From Octopus vulgaris (taxonomy: Eukaryota), in contig OX597828.1 of assembly GCA_951406725.2 (NCBI GenBank), positions 2,790,001-2,854,000 on the forward strand: DNA of 64,000 bases, read 5' to 3'. This document shows, one piece after another, positions 27,701 to 39,367 of the stretch (positions are counted from its first letter, which is position 1; each line of letters starts with the position of its first letter). A program made the position numbers and the translations under genes. Below the pieces are notes generated by a model. It did no database searches. It was not told the origin of the DNA and worked only from the letters and a program-made list of their open reading frames with translations.

Positions 27701-28095
27701 ATTATTAATAAAAGTAGAAGATGGATTTCATATCAGACTTTTATTAGGTACAACATATTTTTTGACCTGTCAATCTAGGTTTCTTCAGGTACATCAATAA
27801 AAAAAATCTCACCAGAGATTTTTTATGTCAGCTGGCTTGTCCATCAAATTCGAGAATGAATAAAACCAAAGAAAATTATTGGAACACAAAAAATTCAAAT
27901 ATGAATGTGGAAGGTATACATTCCAGTTTAGACATAATCAGCTTTTGCTGTTATAACTGGTTAGAGAAACAAAAAAAGAAAGTAGTGAGATTTTTTTATC
28001 AATGTACCTGAAAAGATCCAGAACGAGGGGTCGAAACATATGTTGTACCTAGTAAAAGTCGAATACGAAATCCATTTCCTACTTTTATTAATAAT
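27701..28095. mobile_element. PLE-type fold-back cassette with divergent hammerhead motifs
   Basis: ~110-bp inverted arms 27701-27812 / 27985-28095, each containing gtac-CTGAa(g/a)A-stem II-(g/a)AAA-(c/a)atatg-tt-gtac. Confidence 0.75.
28004..28048 (+). ncRNA. Minimal type-I hammerhead ribozyme, one core mutation (CUGAAAA)
   Basis: Stem I gtac/gtac, stem II gatcc/gggtc, GAAA, palindromic catatg stem-loop III, GUU site. Confidence 0.6.
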
Positions 28096-28275
28096 ATGTA
28101 TATATATATAATAATATAATATATATAATAATATGTATATATATATAAAACAGGCTCTTTCAGAAGCCCGAGGCTATAGTAGATGACACTTGCCCAAAGT
28201 GTCACAGAGTAAGACTGAACCTAGAACCATATGGTTGGGAAGCAAGCTTCTTACCACACAGCTATCATCATCATT

Positions 28276-28309
<34 letters not shown>

Positions 28310-29289
28310 TATATATATTTATTCATGTATATAAGTTGATTTCTTTTGGTTTATAATTCTTTCTTGTTCTTATACTAGTATTAGCGAACGTTGTAATGCC
28401 TTTGAGCACAGGTCTGATCAGTCAGAGCTGGCCTAAGGCTGAAAATTCAACTGCAAAACCACACTGGCTTTAGTAAGTGCTGTATTCATTATCCTGCGGT
28501 TGTTTAGTATTTTAACCTTGCAGTTGTTGTTGGTTAATAATTTTGTTTAAAAAGTTTCTTTATATTTTTATTTTCTCTCTTTAATAATGTTTATTTTTTT
28601 CGTTTTTGCTTCTGTCCATGTTTTATTATTACATTTCATTTTTTTACAATTTTATTTCATTTATCTTAGCATCAAATTCGTACTGAAATAACTTGTTCCA
28701 AATACAAACCATATTTTCCCTACTTATTATGTGCAAATGAGTGGACACACATGTGTATGTAAGTGAGTGTGTTTCTATACAAACTAGATTCTTAATTTCC
28801 TGATTTCCCATTATTTTTGACATAATAGCAATAGTACAATGACTAGCTTATTTTCATTTTCAACTTGCCTTTCGTCGGCTGTTTTTACTCTTTCATAAAT
28901 GAGCATAATTGTACATTATAACTGCTTAACTTCTAGTTTTATTTCATTAATAACAGAATATGACAATAGAAAATAATAGTTTTTTTTTTTTGCCAGACAT
29001 CATAGGAAAGTGTTGATGGTTATCATCATCACAAGACTTTTTAATCTATTGATTTTGGACTCAATCTATTTGATTTTGATTCGTAAAAAGTCAACTCTAA
29101 GCGTGAGTTGCCATTGTGTGGTTTCTAAAATCACATCTAGTTAAGGGGTTAACTTTGCCATTAATTTCAGGGACTGTTAGGCTCACCCCTAACCTCATCC
29201 CATAACAAGAGGGTTTCAACAGGTTTGGACAATTCAACCTCAACTCTATGAAACTATTATTCCTATCAAATATTTATTGTGAAATTGTA

Positions 29290-29593
29290 GTTGTGGCCTA
29301 TGCTGGTGACATGTGAAAGGCACTTGTGCCAGTGATACACTGGGGACAACTGTGCCAGTGACACGTAAAAGGCAACCATACCAGTGACATGTAAAACACA
29401 CCTTAGCTGGTGATGCATAAAAGACACCCAGTACACTCTGTGGAGTGGTTGGCATTAAGAAGGGTATCCAGCCACAGAAATCAGGCCTCAACACACTGAA
29501 ACCCAGTGTAGCTCTTCAGCTTCCCAACCCCACTCAAACCATCTTACCCATGTTAGCATTGAAAATGGATTCTAAATGATGATGATGATGATG
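29290..29593 (+). mobile_element. SINE-like family C
   Basis: Several (g)tgcc/tggtgacacgtaaaa subunits, ggttggcattaagaagggtatccagcc, (TGA)n tail. Confidence 0.8.
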
Positions 29594-29974
29594 TTCACTA
29601 GTTAAATGGTTAATGGTGGATCCACTTTTGATAAGTGAGAGCAACCCTGGTCAAAATCTTGTCCATACCCATAGGTTGAGTACAATATTGACTTTGGTAA
29701 AAAAACAATGGTATTGACCCTTGAGCCCTACATAACCACTGCAGGACATCACTTGTATATGTATCATTGCAAGTCGTCTTTGTGCCAAGTTCATACTGGC
29801 AAGTTTTTAAGCCAAAATATTTGTGCAAGCATCTTGAAAGCTTGCAAACTTCTGTTTAACTTTTGTTGTTGCTGTTGTTGTTATTGTAATCGCTGTCTTG
29901 TGTGTCAGAAACAATTATGAGGGTAAAGGAAATTGCTGAAAAGTTATTGGAGTTAAGAATTACAGACCTATTCT

Positions 29975-30506
29975 TTTATCTTTTACTAGTTTCAGTTATT
30001 AGATAGCAGCCATGCTGGAGCTCTGCTTTGAAGAATTTTTAGTGGAATGAATTAAGCCCAGTACTTGGAGTTTATTTTCATTTCATTTTTATTAAGCCTG
30101 GTAATTATTCCATCGGTCTCTTTTGCCAAACCACTTAGTTACACAAAGATACACACACATAGACTTACAGAAAGAGAAAGAGAGAGAGAGAGACAATGAT
30201 GTAGATAACCGGATGAAACTCCTTGGGTTTGATATACAGAATATATATACATGTATACATTTATGTATATATTCTGTATATCAAACCCAAGGAGTTTCAT
30301 CTGGTTATTTGCATCACTGTCTCCATATCTGCTCACTTTGATTCCTCTTACAACCACTCTTTACCTCACTGACTTTGTCCTCGATATAGATTTCAGAGTG
30401 TAAGTTCAAAGCTTTTGAGTGTTACTAAGTGTTTTCTATATAGAGATTCTCTCAGTCTCATCTGTTAATTATGTGTGTGTGTATACACACACACACATAT
30501 ATATAT

Positions 30507-30555
<49 letters not shown>

Positions 30556-30690
30556 AACGGACAGACAGATAGATAAGATGGGTTTCTTTTAGTTGTCATC
30601 TATCAAATCCTCTCACAAGGCTTTGGTCAGCCTGAGGCTATTGTAGAATACAAGGTACCATAGGATTGAAGTCAAGACTGTTTGCGAATT
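29975..30690 (-). mobile_element. SINE family A split by insertions including the 30190-30323 palindrome
   Basis: Tail at 29975-30140 and head at 30575-30690, same orientation. Confidence 0.65.
30190..30323. repeat. Palindrome with 58-bp arms around a TA-rich spacer
   Basis: 30190-30247 is the reverse complement of 30266-30323 with 4 transition mismatches. Confidence 0.9.
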
Positions 30691-30698
30691 GCTTTTTG

Positions 30699-30750
<52 letters not shown>

Positions 30751-30754
<4 letters not shown>

Positions 30755-30951
30755 TGCAGCATGGAATTTTGTCAGTGAACAGGTCACGGTCTGAAAGCAA
30801 CGAAAATATTTTGCCAAATTTAATTTAAATGTTAAAGTAAATCTAACGGTGTTTGTGTGTTTCTCAAATGGCTTATAAACACCACACTGCAATTGTTTTC
30901 GTTCCAGCACACGATCTCAGATCAGGTCACTTGCTATGCAAGTACATCTCC
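30751..30951. mobile_element. Unclassified ~200-bp element inserted in (TA)n
   Basis: Short inverted ends gagatg...catctc, (TA)n on both flanks, CpG-richer than background. Confidence 0.45.
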
Positions 30952-31223
30952 ATAATATATATATACATATGTGTGTGTGTGTGTATAGATCAATATATAT
31001 ATATATTTTCATACATGTGCATGTGTATTAGTTTAGACACACAAGCGCACACACACGCACGCACAAGCACACACACACATGCATATATTCATATTCCCCT
31101 TGATATTTAGAATTATAGAAATGTTAATCTTTTTAATAGTGACTTTTTATTGTTGTTGAATTTGAGACAACCAGTGAAAGAGACGGCATGAAGAGACTGA
31201 TGATTTTGTGTGTGTGTGTGTTT

Positions 31224-31271
<48 letters not shown>

Positions 31272-32244
31272 GTGTTGGTAAATTTGACTAAAAATGCATT
31301 GTTGAAATGTATCCTGTAGGTAACTAAAGACCCAGCTAAAGAACCTATAATTCCATTATTTGTCCTTTTGTCTAGGCTGGAAATGGTAATTTATCCCTAG
31401 CTTTCATCTAATTTTGTTCCTCTTGGTTAAGTTTATTTAAAATTGTTTGTCAACTGCTGTAATGTCTCAAAGATGTTGTTGTGTAGCGAAGGAAGAGTGA
31501 AATAAACAAGAATATAGGTGGAATATATATGGTCAAGCTGAGAATGTTTGCCCTCACAGACTTAATAATATAGGACTGAAAAGATTAGAGAAAGGTGGGC
31601 TATATATCCATCTCCCACACACACTCTCCTTTATTTCCCAATGTCTCCCCAGCCCCCACCCTACATTTTGTTGTTTTTCTCCAAGACTAAACTGTTTTGC
31701 CAGTCTTTTACTTACTGGAATAGTGATGAGAGAACAGATGTACGAGAATTTACTCTGGTTAGTATTGATGACTGAATTTATTTAGAGTCCTACTTGTTTC
31801 CTTGTGGAAGTCATAATAACATGGAAACATGCCTGTTATTGTCTCCCTTATTTACTGAAAAAAAATGTTAGTCATTGAGTAATATTGTTTTTACTTAACT
31901 GCATGATTATTTGTAGTTAGTATTTTGATGTTCATATATCAAAATATATACATTAAACTCCAATTTGACTATTGTCTTTTATGCAAATGATATTAGTAAT
32001 CTATGTAAAGAATTCTTGTTTTCTGCACCAATCAGTGCTTGAAAAAGGAGCAAAGAAAATTACAATGCAGATCCTTTGTTGGGTAGGAAATATAATTATT
32101 CTGGGATCTTTGAATTGATCTTCGTTGACATAAAACATGAGTAAAACAATACATAATAAACTGCTGTAACAAATGCTTTCCATCAGAAAATACTTTTTAT
32201 GTTTTTAAATCTTAGATGATGGATGATTAATGTGCTTTTTTCCA

Positions 32245-32430
32245 ATACAATGCGGCAAGTTGGCTGAATCGGTAATGAAATGCTTGGCAGCATTTCATCC
32301 GTCTTTACATTCTGAATTCTGAATTCAAATTCTGGAGTCAATAAAATAAGTACCAGATGAGTACTAGGAGTCAATGTAATCAACTTACCTATTTCCCCAA
32401 AATTGCTGGCCTTGTGCCAAAATTTGAAAG
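32245..32430 (+). mobile_element. SINE family B (deleted)
   Basis: gaaatgcttggcagcatttcatccgtctttacattctg...gtcaataaaataagtaccag...aaattgctggccttgtgcc. Confidence 0.75.
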
Positions 32431-33404
32431 TCATACATGTTTTCCAATTCAGTCCCTCATTATTCAGAACTGGAAGTATCTAATATCAGCAATAGTCCTT
32501 GGCTTTCCCTTGCCCAGGTTTATTAATTAATTATTACTTAAAATAGATACATTCACTTGAATTCACGTTACTTTTGATAAATTTTAAAAGATTTTGACAT
32601 TCTTCAGTTGGTTTGCTCAGAATTGTTGTATCCAAGGTATTCTTATTTTAGAAATTACCACAAAAGGACATCACCTTTGACCTCCTGAAAAAGATGCGCT
32701 TCTACATAACATTTCAGACACCTATGTATAAAACTGTAGCCAATAACATAGGGCATACATACATTCACTTTTATATATGATATTTTGCTAAGGCACTGCT
32801 ATTTTCTTGGACCATTCAGACAGTAAAGAATTGGCTTCTGTTTTTGATAAAATAATTTCATATTATGTCCTACATTCATTATAGAATATTTAGTCGGCAT
32901 TAGTCATTTAACAGATAGATTTTTAGTGCTTATTCTTTTATAATAGTGCTCTGTGGTTGGAAAGATAAGAGTTAAATAAACAGTTAAGTAGATAAATGCT
33001 GAGTTATATTGATAATGGATCAATTGATAAATATGCTAGCTAGACTGATAAGCAGAAATCCCAGAGACCAGACAGATAGACATCACAAGTGGTACCATGT
33101 AAACATGTGACAATAGCTGGATGTTTCCTATTATCAATAAGTTCTTCAATCTCCATCAACATCAATAATCAAGGCATCGCAGAATTTTAGATTTTCTATT
33201 AAATCCCTTGTTATACTAAACAATGCAAAACTCTTGGTGATGTCCTTATGTTCTTATCACATGATTCTTGTGAGAATGTGTGTGAGAGAGAGAGAGATCT
33301 ACACACACACACACACACACATGTACATCTACACATATACATGCATACATATAGAAAGATATTCATATATGGATATATGTGCAAATACATCTCTCTCTCT
33401 CTCC

Positions 33405-34480
33405 GTATTTTTTTATCTGTAGCAGTCATTTGACAGCAGCCATGCTGGAGCACCACCTTAAAGGATTTTTTAGTCAAAGAAATTGACCCAGGACGTTTTG
33501 TAAGCCTGGTACTTATTCTATCATTCACATTTGCTGAACTGGTAAGTTGCAGGCGTGTAAACAAACCAACATCGGTTGTCAAGTAATGGTGCAGACACAA
33601 AACACACGCAAACACACACACATATCTTAGCTTAAAAGCTGCACTCCGTGTGGACTTTTATACTGGCTCCTGTGGAGGGCCAAATGAGACTGCGGGCCAA
33701 AACTAACGAGAACAATAATAATAAAGCATTTATTGGTACTCTACCAATATGGTGTTACTTTAAATTCAGTGAAATGAAGAACTTGTAAGTTCACAAATTC
33801 TTGGAGTTCTTTTAAAATTTGAATAAAAGATGTATATATACACACATATATATTGTAGTTTTGTGTCCTGTTTGTCTCCCACCACCACTTGATAACTGGC
33901 GTTGCTGTGTTTACATTCACGTAACTTAGTGGTTCAGTTAAAGAGGCCAATAAAAAAGGTACCAGACACAAAAAAGAAAGAACTGGTGTCGATTTTTTCG
34001 ATTAAAATTCTTCAAGGGTGGCCGCACGCTGATGACTGGAAAAGATAAAAGAACCACTAAGTTTCTTACTAAAACTTAAAGCTAAGGGAAATAACTCTTG
34101 TACTATGGCATTGAAAACTCTGGTGGTCACTTTACCTGCTAGAAATAGCAACTCAAATGCTTTTAAATCAGATCTTAATGCTGGATGTTCAAGTACCAAA
34201 TGAAGGGCAAATTTTCAATCTTGGGATCATCCTGATTCCAAGAAGGTATAATATGTCTATGTAGAGCAAATGTAGACTGAGATACAGGGGTCTCAGATGG
34301 AGAGACAGTTTAGTTATTGTTAATATAGATATACAATGGGCTTCTTTCAGTTTCTGTTTACCAAATCCACTCACAAGGTTTGGTCGGCCTGAGCCTATAG
34401 CGGAAGACACTTGCCCAAGGCACCATGCAGTGGGACTGAACCCAGAACCATGTGGTTGGGAAGTAAGCTTCTTATCACGT
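33405..34480. mobile_element. Cluster of family A pieces (minus tail 33405-33620, plus tail 33845-34050, minus head 34330-34480)
   Basis: Each piece is colinear with family A. Confidence 0.75.
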
Positions 34481-35069
34481 GGACCATCTATGTATCACAC
34501 ATAATGTTTACACACTGACGAAGGCTAGTTATGGCAGTATTTGTTCTGAGATAACATTTCTTATAGATTTGCTGTGTTAAGAATGCAATAATTATCAGAG
34601 AGAGAAACAGACAAACAGACAGATGAAAATTTGTCCCAGTGACAACCAGTGAGGACACTGGATGCCTTTTTGGCCTGTTTGGGCCTGAAAATTAAATGAC
34701 ATGATTGTTGAGTCTTATCATGAAGAGCAAAAATATTCTTAGCTTTGCGTATCGTCATCGTGTGGCAGAATAAAAATAAAAATGGCCAGCGAACAGGTCA
34801 GCCGGAATTTAGGGAGAATTAACGAAATTCTAATAGGTTGTTAGCGATGAGATCATTTAAAACTGTCAGTCCTGAAAACATCTAAGATATTAGGAGCGTA
34901 GTAGAGAGGGAGAAAAAAGAAAAAAGGAGCAAAAATATTCTTAGCTTTGTGTATCGTCATCGTGTTGAAATTTAACATAGGCAAAAAAAAAAAAACAAAA
35001 AAAAAAACCCTAATAATAATTTAACATTACTTGAAAAGGTAGTGGGTAGCGAACTTCTTCACTACTTCA

Positions 35070-35907
35070 GGGAGTGACGACCCTGCTTGACACGAGTTCC
35101 GGGCTCAGCTGGCTCCGGCTGACAGTACCCGGTATGGGCCCCTGTCCAGGGTTATGGAAAGGAGACAACCTTCAATGAAATCCGGAGTGGAGCCCCGAAG
35201 GCGGTCTAGTGTTCGATTCGACACTCTTCCGGCAGCTCCTGCAACCAAGCTGGTGCCAAACGTAATGCACTGCACTCCACTGGACTACATCAGCAAGGTC
35301 GAGAGAGGAAACCTGACGATTGGGCTACCCAGGACTTTCTTATCTATAGCCCAGGCCTGCGCAAAACTGGAGAGGACACTTCAGTGCTGCTGTAAAAAGC
35401 TGCAGAAACAACACGGGAGGTAACAGTTACGAGTGATAAGTCCATTCAGATTGGCGTAAAATATGGACGCTACGGGTTACCTCTGCCGGTGGGAGGGACT
35501 TCCATGTCCTATTGGTTAGCTACTGCCCACCTCAAGCTGGGCAGCCCCCAGTTAATAAGGTGCTGACCCGCCACAAGCCACCTGTTCCATTGGGTGCTTG
35601 GAGCTAAGAGTATGACTCGAAAAGCGGCCTGCAACCTCTGCACCAGGCAAGCAACTAAAAGGAAAGAAAGGAAGAGACATAAACAAGAGACCATGGCACT
35701 ACAACCAGCCAGGAACAGTCTTCGCTGCATTTGCAGTACCTGCTAGAGGGAGTGTTTGTCCAGGATAGGACTACACAGCCACAGCAAGAAATGTAACAGG
35801 AAATAAAATATAACAGCCGGACTAGACCTAGAAAAAAATAAATAAATAAATAAATGCGCAACTCCATTGTCTCCCGAGACAGAAAGGATGCCAATACCAA
35901 TACCAAT
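35070..35907 (+). mobile_element. Internally deleted (bipartite) RTE-clade element: 5'UTR fused to ORF end and 3'UTR
   Basis: GC-rich RTE-like leader (gcagcccccagttaataaggtgctg...ctgcaccaggcaa) joined near 35690 to CICSTC*RECLSRIGLHSHSKKC and 3'UTR ccattgtctcccgagacagaaaggatgccaa with a short (CCAATA)n tail. Confidence 0.7.
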
Positions 35908-36012
35908 CATGAAGAGATCTTCTGTTGTACCATCATATTTCTGTACTTGCTTCATACTTGTATATATGCATGAATAGATGGATGAATGTGTATGTATATA
36001 TATATATGTATA

Positions 36013-36083
<71 letters not shown>

Positions 36084-36140
36084 ATATATATATATAATTT
36101 ACAATTATAATTATGCGTGTGTGTGTAAATATATGTATAT

Positions 36141-36319
36141 AAATAATAACAAAACAAGTTACTGATATTTCAAATGCATATAATACATATATTTCAAGTG
36201 GTTACCCATCAAGTCATGTATTCTCTTCAATTGTTAGAAGGGAAATTTGTGTTATGTAATCATTTGAAAATTACGTAGGATATGCATTCAAAATATCAGT
36301 AATTGGGTTTGTTATTTTT
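36141..36319. mobile_element. Decayed fold-back cassette with divergent hammerhead-like remnants
   Basis: ~64-bp imperfect inverted arms 36141-36205 / 36256-36319 beside (TA)n; minus strand tTGAAGA...GAAA-tatatg-ta. Confidence 0.55.
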
Positions 36320-36588
36320 CAAACATTATGTGTCTTATATTTATAACAATATAGCCTATCCTTATTTGGATAATACAGTTACAATGCAACATGCATTTCA
36401 GAATGAACACTGAGTTCAAAACAACTAGAAAAGTGTACTGCATCAAAGCATACAACTGAATATATGTGTGTGTGCATATGTGCTCGTGTATAATGGGTAA
36501 GAATACAGCAAAAGGCAGACAAATAGTATCCTTTCTGCTAAGCCTTCTATTACTTACTCTATTCACCCCTCTCTGTTTCAAGATGGGG

Positions 36589-36632
<44 letters not shown>

Positions 36633-37339
36633 AATAACTTCACTCATTAAGATTTTGTTTCCTTCTGAAGCAGCAATGAGTGTCCAGCATATAATTTGAA
36701 CTTGTCTTATTCCATATACATTCACTAATGCCAATCTACTCCATATACACATGCACACAATGCACAATGCCTCACTTACTGAGATCCAGACACCAGAAAG
36801 AGCTATGAAGGCTTACTCTTATTCCCTTCTTTCTTGTTTGTGAGATTAAGATATGACCTCTCCACATATTCTTCAACCAATCTATGAGGAACTACTACAA
36901 AGTATTAGTCAGACCATGATCTCTTTTATTTGAGTTATCAGAGCAAACTACTCTCAGCTCTTACTTTCCTGTTTTTCCATAATTTACTTCTCACCTTCCC
37001 AAGTGTTAAACTAATACTCCTGTTTGTTGTTTATACACCTGTCTACGTCTTTTGTTTTTCTGTAAATTTCAACTACATATATATATATATTTGCTCGACT
37101 AAAAGGCAGTGCTCTAGCATGGCCAGTCAAGTGACTGAAACAAATAAAACAGTAAAAGAGTATATATGACTAAGGTTTTAGAACATCTACATTGCTAGAA
37201 GGTAACACATTGCACACAGCTGTCTATATTAATTTTTTATATATATTATATATATTTATATATATGCACAGTGTGTGGCAGCACCAACAGTCGCCAGTCA
37301 AATTTACCACATTTGTATACAAATATATATATATATATA

Positions 37340-37607
37340 TCACGTGATCACGTGACCGACCAGACCATCAGATGTTGCTACACATCGCTGGTCACAATGC
37401 ATTCGCATTGTATTAGCCTTCGAATGACGCCACCCTGCTGGCTAAGCGAGCAGGCCAACAGAAGAAAGAGTGGGAGAAAGAGTACAACAGAGATCACCAC
37501 CCTCTGCCGGAGGCTCGTGGAGCTTTTAGGTGTTTTTGCTGGGAATCGAAACCGCGATCCTACGACCGCGAGTCCGCTGCCCTAACCACTGGGCTATTGG
37601 GCTTCCA
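37340..37607 (-). mobile_element. tRNA-derived SINE family D, young
   Basis: Reverse-complement head ggaagcccaatagcccagtggttagggcagcggactcgcggtcgtaggatcgcggtttcgattccc (A and B boxes); CpGs retained; inserted in (TA)n. Confidence 0.85.
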
Positions 37608-37701
37608 AATATATATATATATGCATGTATGTATGTATATTGTCAGTAGTTCATATATCTGAAAAAGAAGCACTCTGAAGCATTAGGACAATAATGTAAT
37701 T

Positions 37702-37924
37702 TTAGGAAGTTAAAAGTTATGGCTGGTCATAGAGTGACCATTTGACCATTGGTGTTGCACCTTTAAAAGTGATTAGCACTACAAGCGCTACTCATTAGAC
37801 AAAAAAATGGTTGAAGGCACCTTCAGCTATTTTTTTGTCTAATGAGCCGACTGTACTGCTAACCACTTTATAGGTGCAAAACTAATTGTCACTCTATGAC
37901 CAGCCATGACTTTTAACTTCCTAA
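37702..37924. mobile_element. Fold-back cassette with two decayed divergent hammerhead motifs
   Basis: Whole 223 bp is self-complementary (36-bp ends with one mismatch); right arm gt-CTAATGA-gc...gc-AAAA-ctaattg-tc-ac; downstream part matches the HHR copy at 45778-45862. Confidence 0.7.
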
Positions 37925-38277
37925 TAAATGTTTGTGGGTGGTGGTGGGTGAGGACTTCATAAATATGAATAAAATGCGGGAAAATTATTAGGAAAGCAAA
38001 ATCTGGTAGGATTGTAAGGATAAAATTTGAAAATAGTGTAGGGGAAATAACTCTGTTTTGCTATGTCTTTCAGCTGCCTCTATAAAAATCAAGAGAGAGC
38101 GGATGAGATTGTTGTTCAGAGTTCCTTCACTTGAAACTAAGATGTGTAATTTAGGCTTGGCAAAGAGAATGGATAGTAAAAAATTGCGTGATTATTTATG
38201 AAATGTTGTAGGGAAGTGAAAAGACGGTAAAACTAGTTGTAAATTACATTTATATATACAGATTTATATGACTGACT

Positions 38278-38346
38278 TAAACCTTTGGACGTGATACTTC
38301 ACCAAAGCTGCAGACCAAAGACTAACCGATACAAAAGTAGAAGTAC

Positions 38347-38386
<40 letters not shown>

Positions 38387-38449
38387 GTACTTCTACTTTT
38401 GTATTGGTTAGTCTTTGGTCTGCAGCTTTGGTGAAGTATCACGTCCAAA

Positions 38450-38455
<6 letters not shown>
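38278..38455. repeat. Near-perfect palindrome: 70-bp arms around (TA)19
   Basis: 38278-38347 is the reverse complement of 38386-38455 with one mismatch. Confidence 0.95.
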
Positions 38456-38487
<32 letters not shown>

Positions 38488-38574
38488 ATACATATACAAT
38501 ACAAAAGTAAAAGAATATATATATATATACATCTTATCTACTCCATTCCTTAACTCTTGTATATCTATCTATCA

Positions 38575-38605
<31 letters not shown>

Positions 38606-39152
38606 ATATCCTTTTGTCTTTACGACCACTTTGTATACTTTTGTATCTTTTTATCTTTATCTCACTTTATCTTTATTTTTGTTTTTTCATTTTTTACTCT
38701 TTATTTTTTGTACCTTTTACACTTTCCCAATACATTTCTAGAATTTATGACCCTATACCTGACGTTCTTTATATCTTTATATATTTATATTTTTACATCT
38801 TTACTTTTTATTATATTTTATATTTTATTATCCTTATAATTATATTTATATATATATTTTTTTGTGATCCCAACTTCATTAACATTTCCTACCCTTCCCC
38901 TCTTTCCTCCTTTTTCTCTTTCTCTCAACATCCAATTCCTTCCCTTACATGAAAGAATCTACCCAGTATTCATTCAATATTGAGTGAGAAAACGGTATAG
39001 ACGATTTTTTGGGGAGTCTAATGTACGCCTATGAAGATTTACAAACATACTTTCCCAGTGATACTCGGTTTACCTACCATTATAAACAATACCAAATGTT
39101 TTTTCTCAAACCTTTCATAATGTGATACAAGTCTTTGGTGTAGCAATTGCAT

Positions 39153-39245
39153 GCGGCTGAAGAGGGCTTTTGAACTATCTTTTATGTCGATTATGCATTG
39201 ATGTAAGAATAAGTTGTTCTATAAAGCTCGAAACATATGTACCGC
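39153..39245 (+). ncRNA. Minimal type-I hammerhead ribozyme with intact core (PLE-type)
   Basis: Stem I gcgg/ccgc; CTGAAGA; stem II gggcttt/aaagctc with an extended hairpin; GAAA; palindromic catatg; GUA site, predicted cleavage after 39241. Confidence 0.8.
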
Positions 39246-39284
39246 GACATCCTTTGTGTCCTGTTTTTCATTTTATTTCATTTG

Positions 39285-39333
<49 letters not shown>

Positions 39334-39367
39334 ATACAAAAGTAAAAGAATATATATATATATATAA

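Larger units (their letters stand above)
27365..28262 (-). mobile_element. SINE family A split at its internal microsatellite by the 27701-28095 cassette
   Basis: Tail at 27365-27570 and head at 28150-28262, same orientation. Confidence 0.75.

Noticed and set aside
29300-29430. Regularly spaced short repeats resembling a CRISPR-like array
   Set aside because: Internal subrepeats of SINE-like family C in eukaryotic DNA; no unique spacers or cas genes
34515-34540. CTGACGA-aggc motif
   Set aside because: No GAAA or stem III downstream
37540-37607. tRNA-like sequence
   Set aside because: It is a SINE head continuing into SINE body, without a proper acceptor stem
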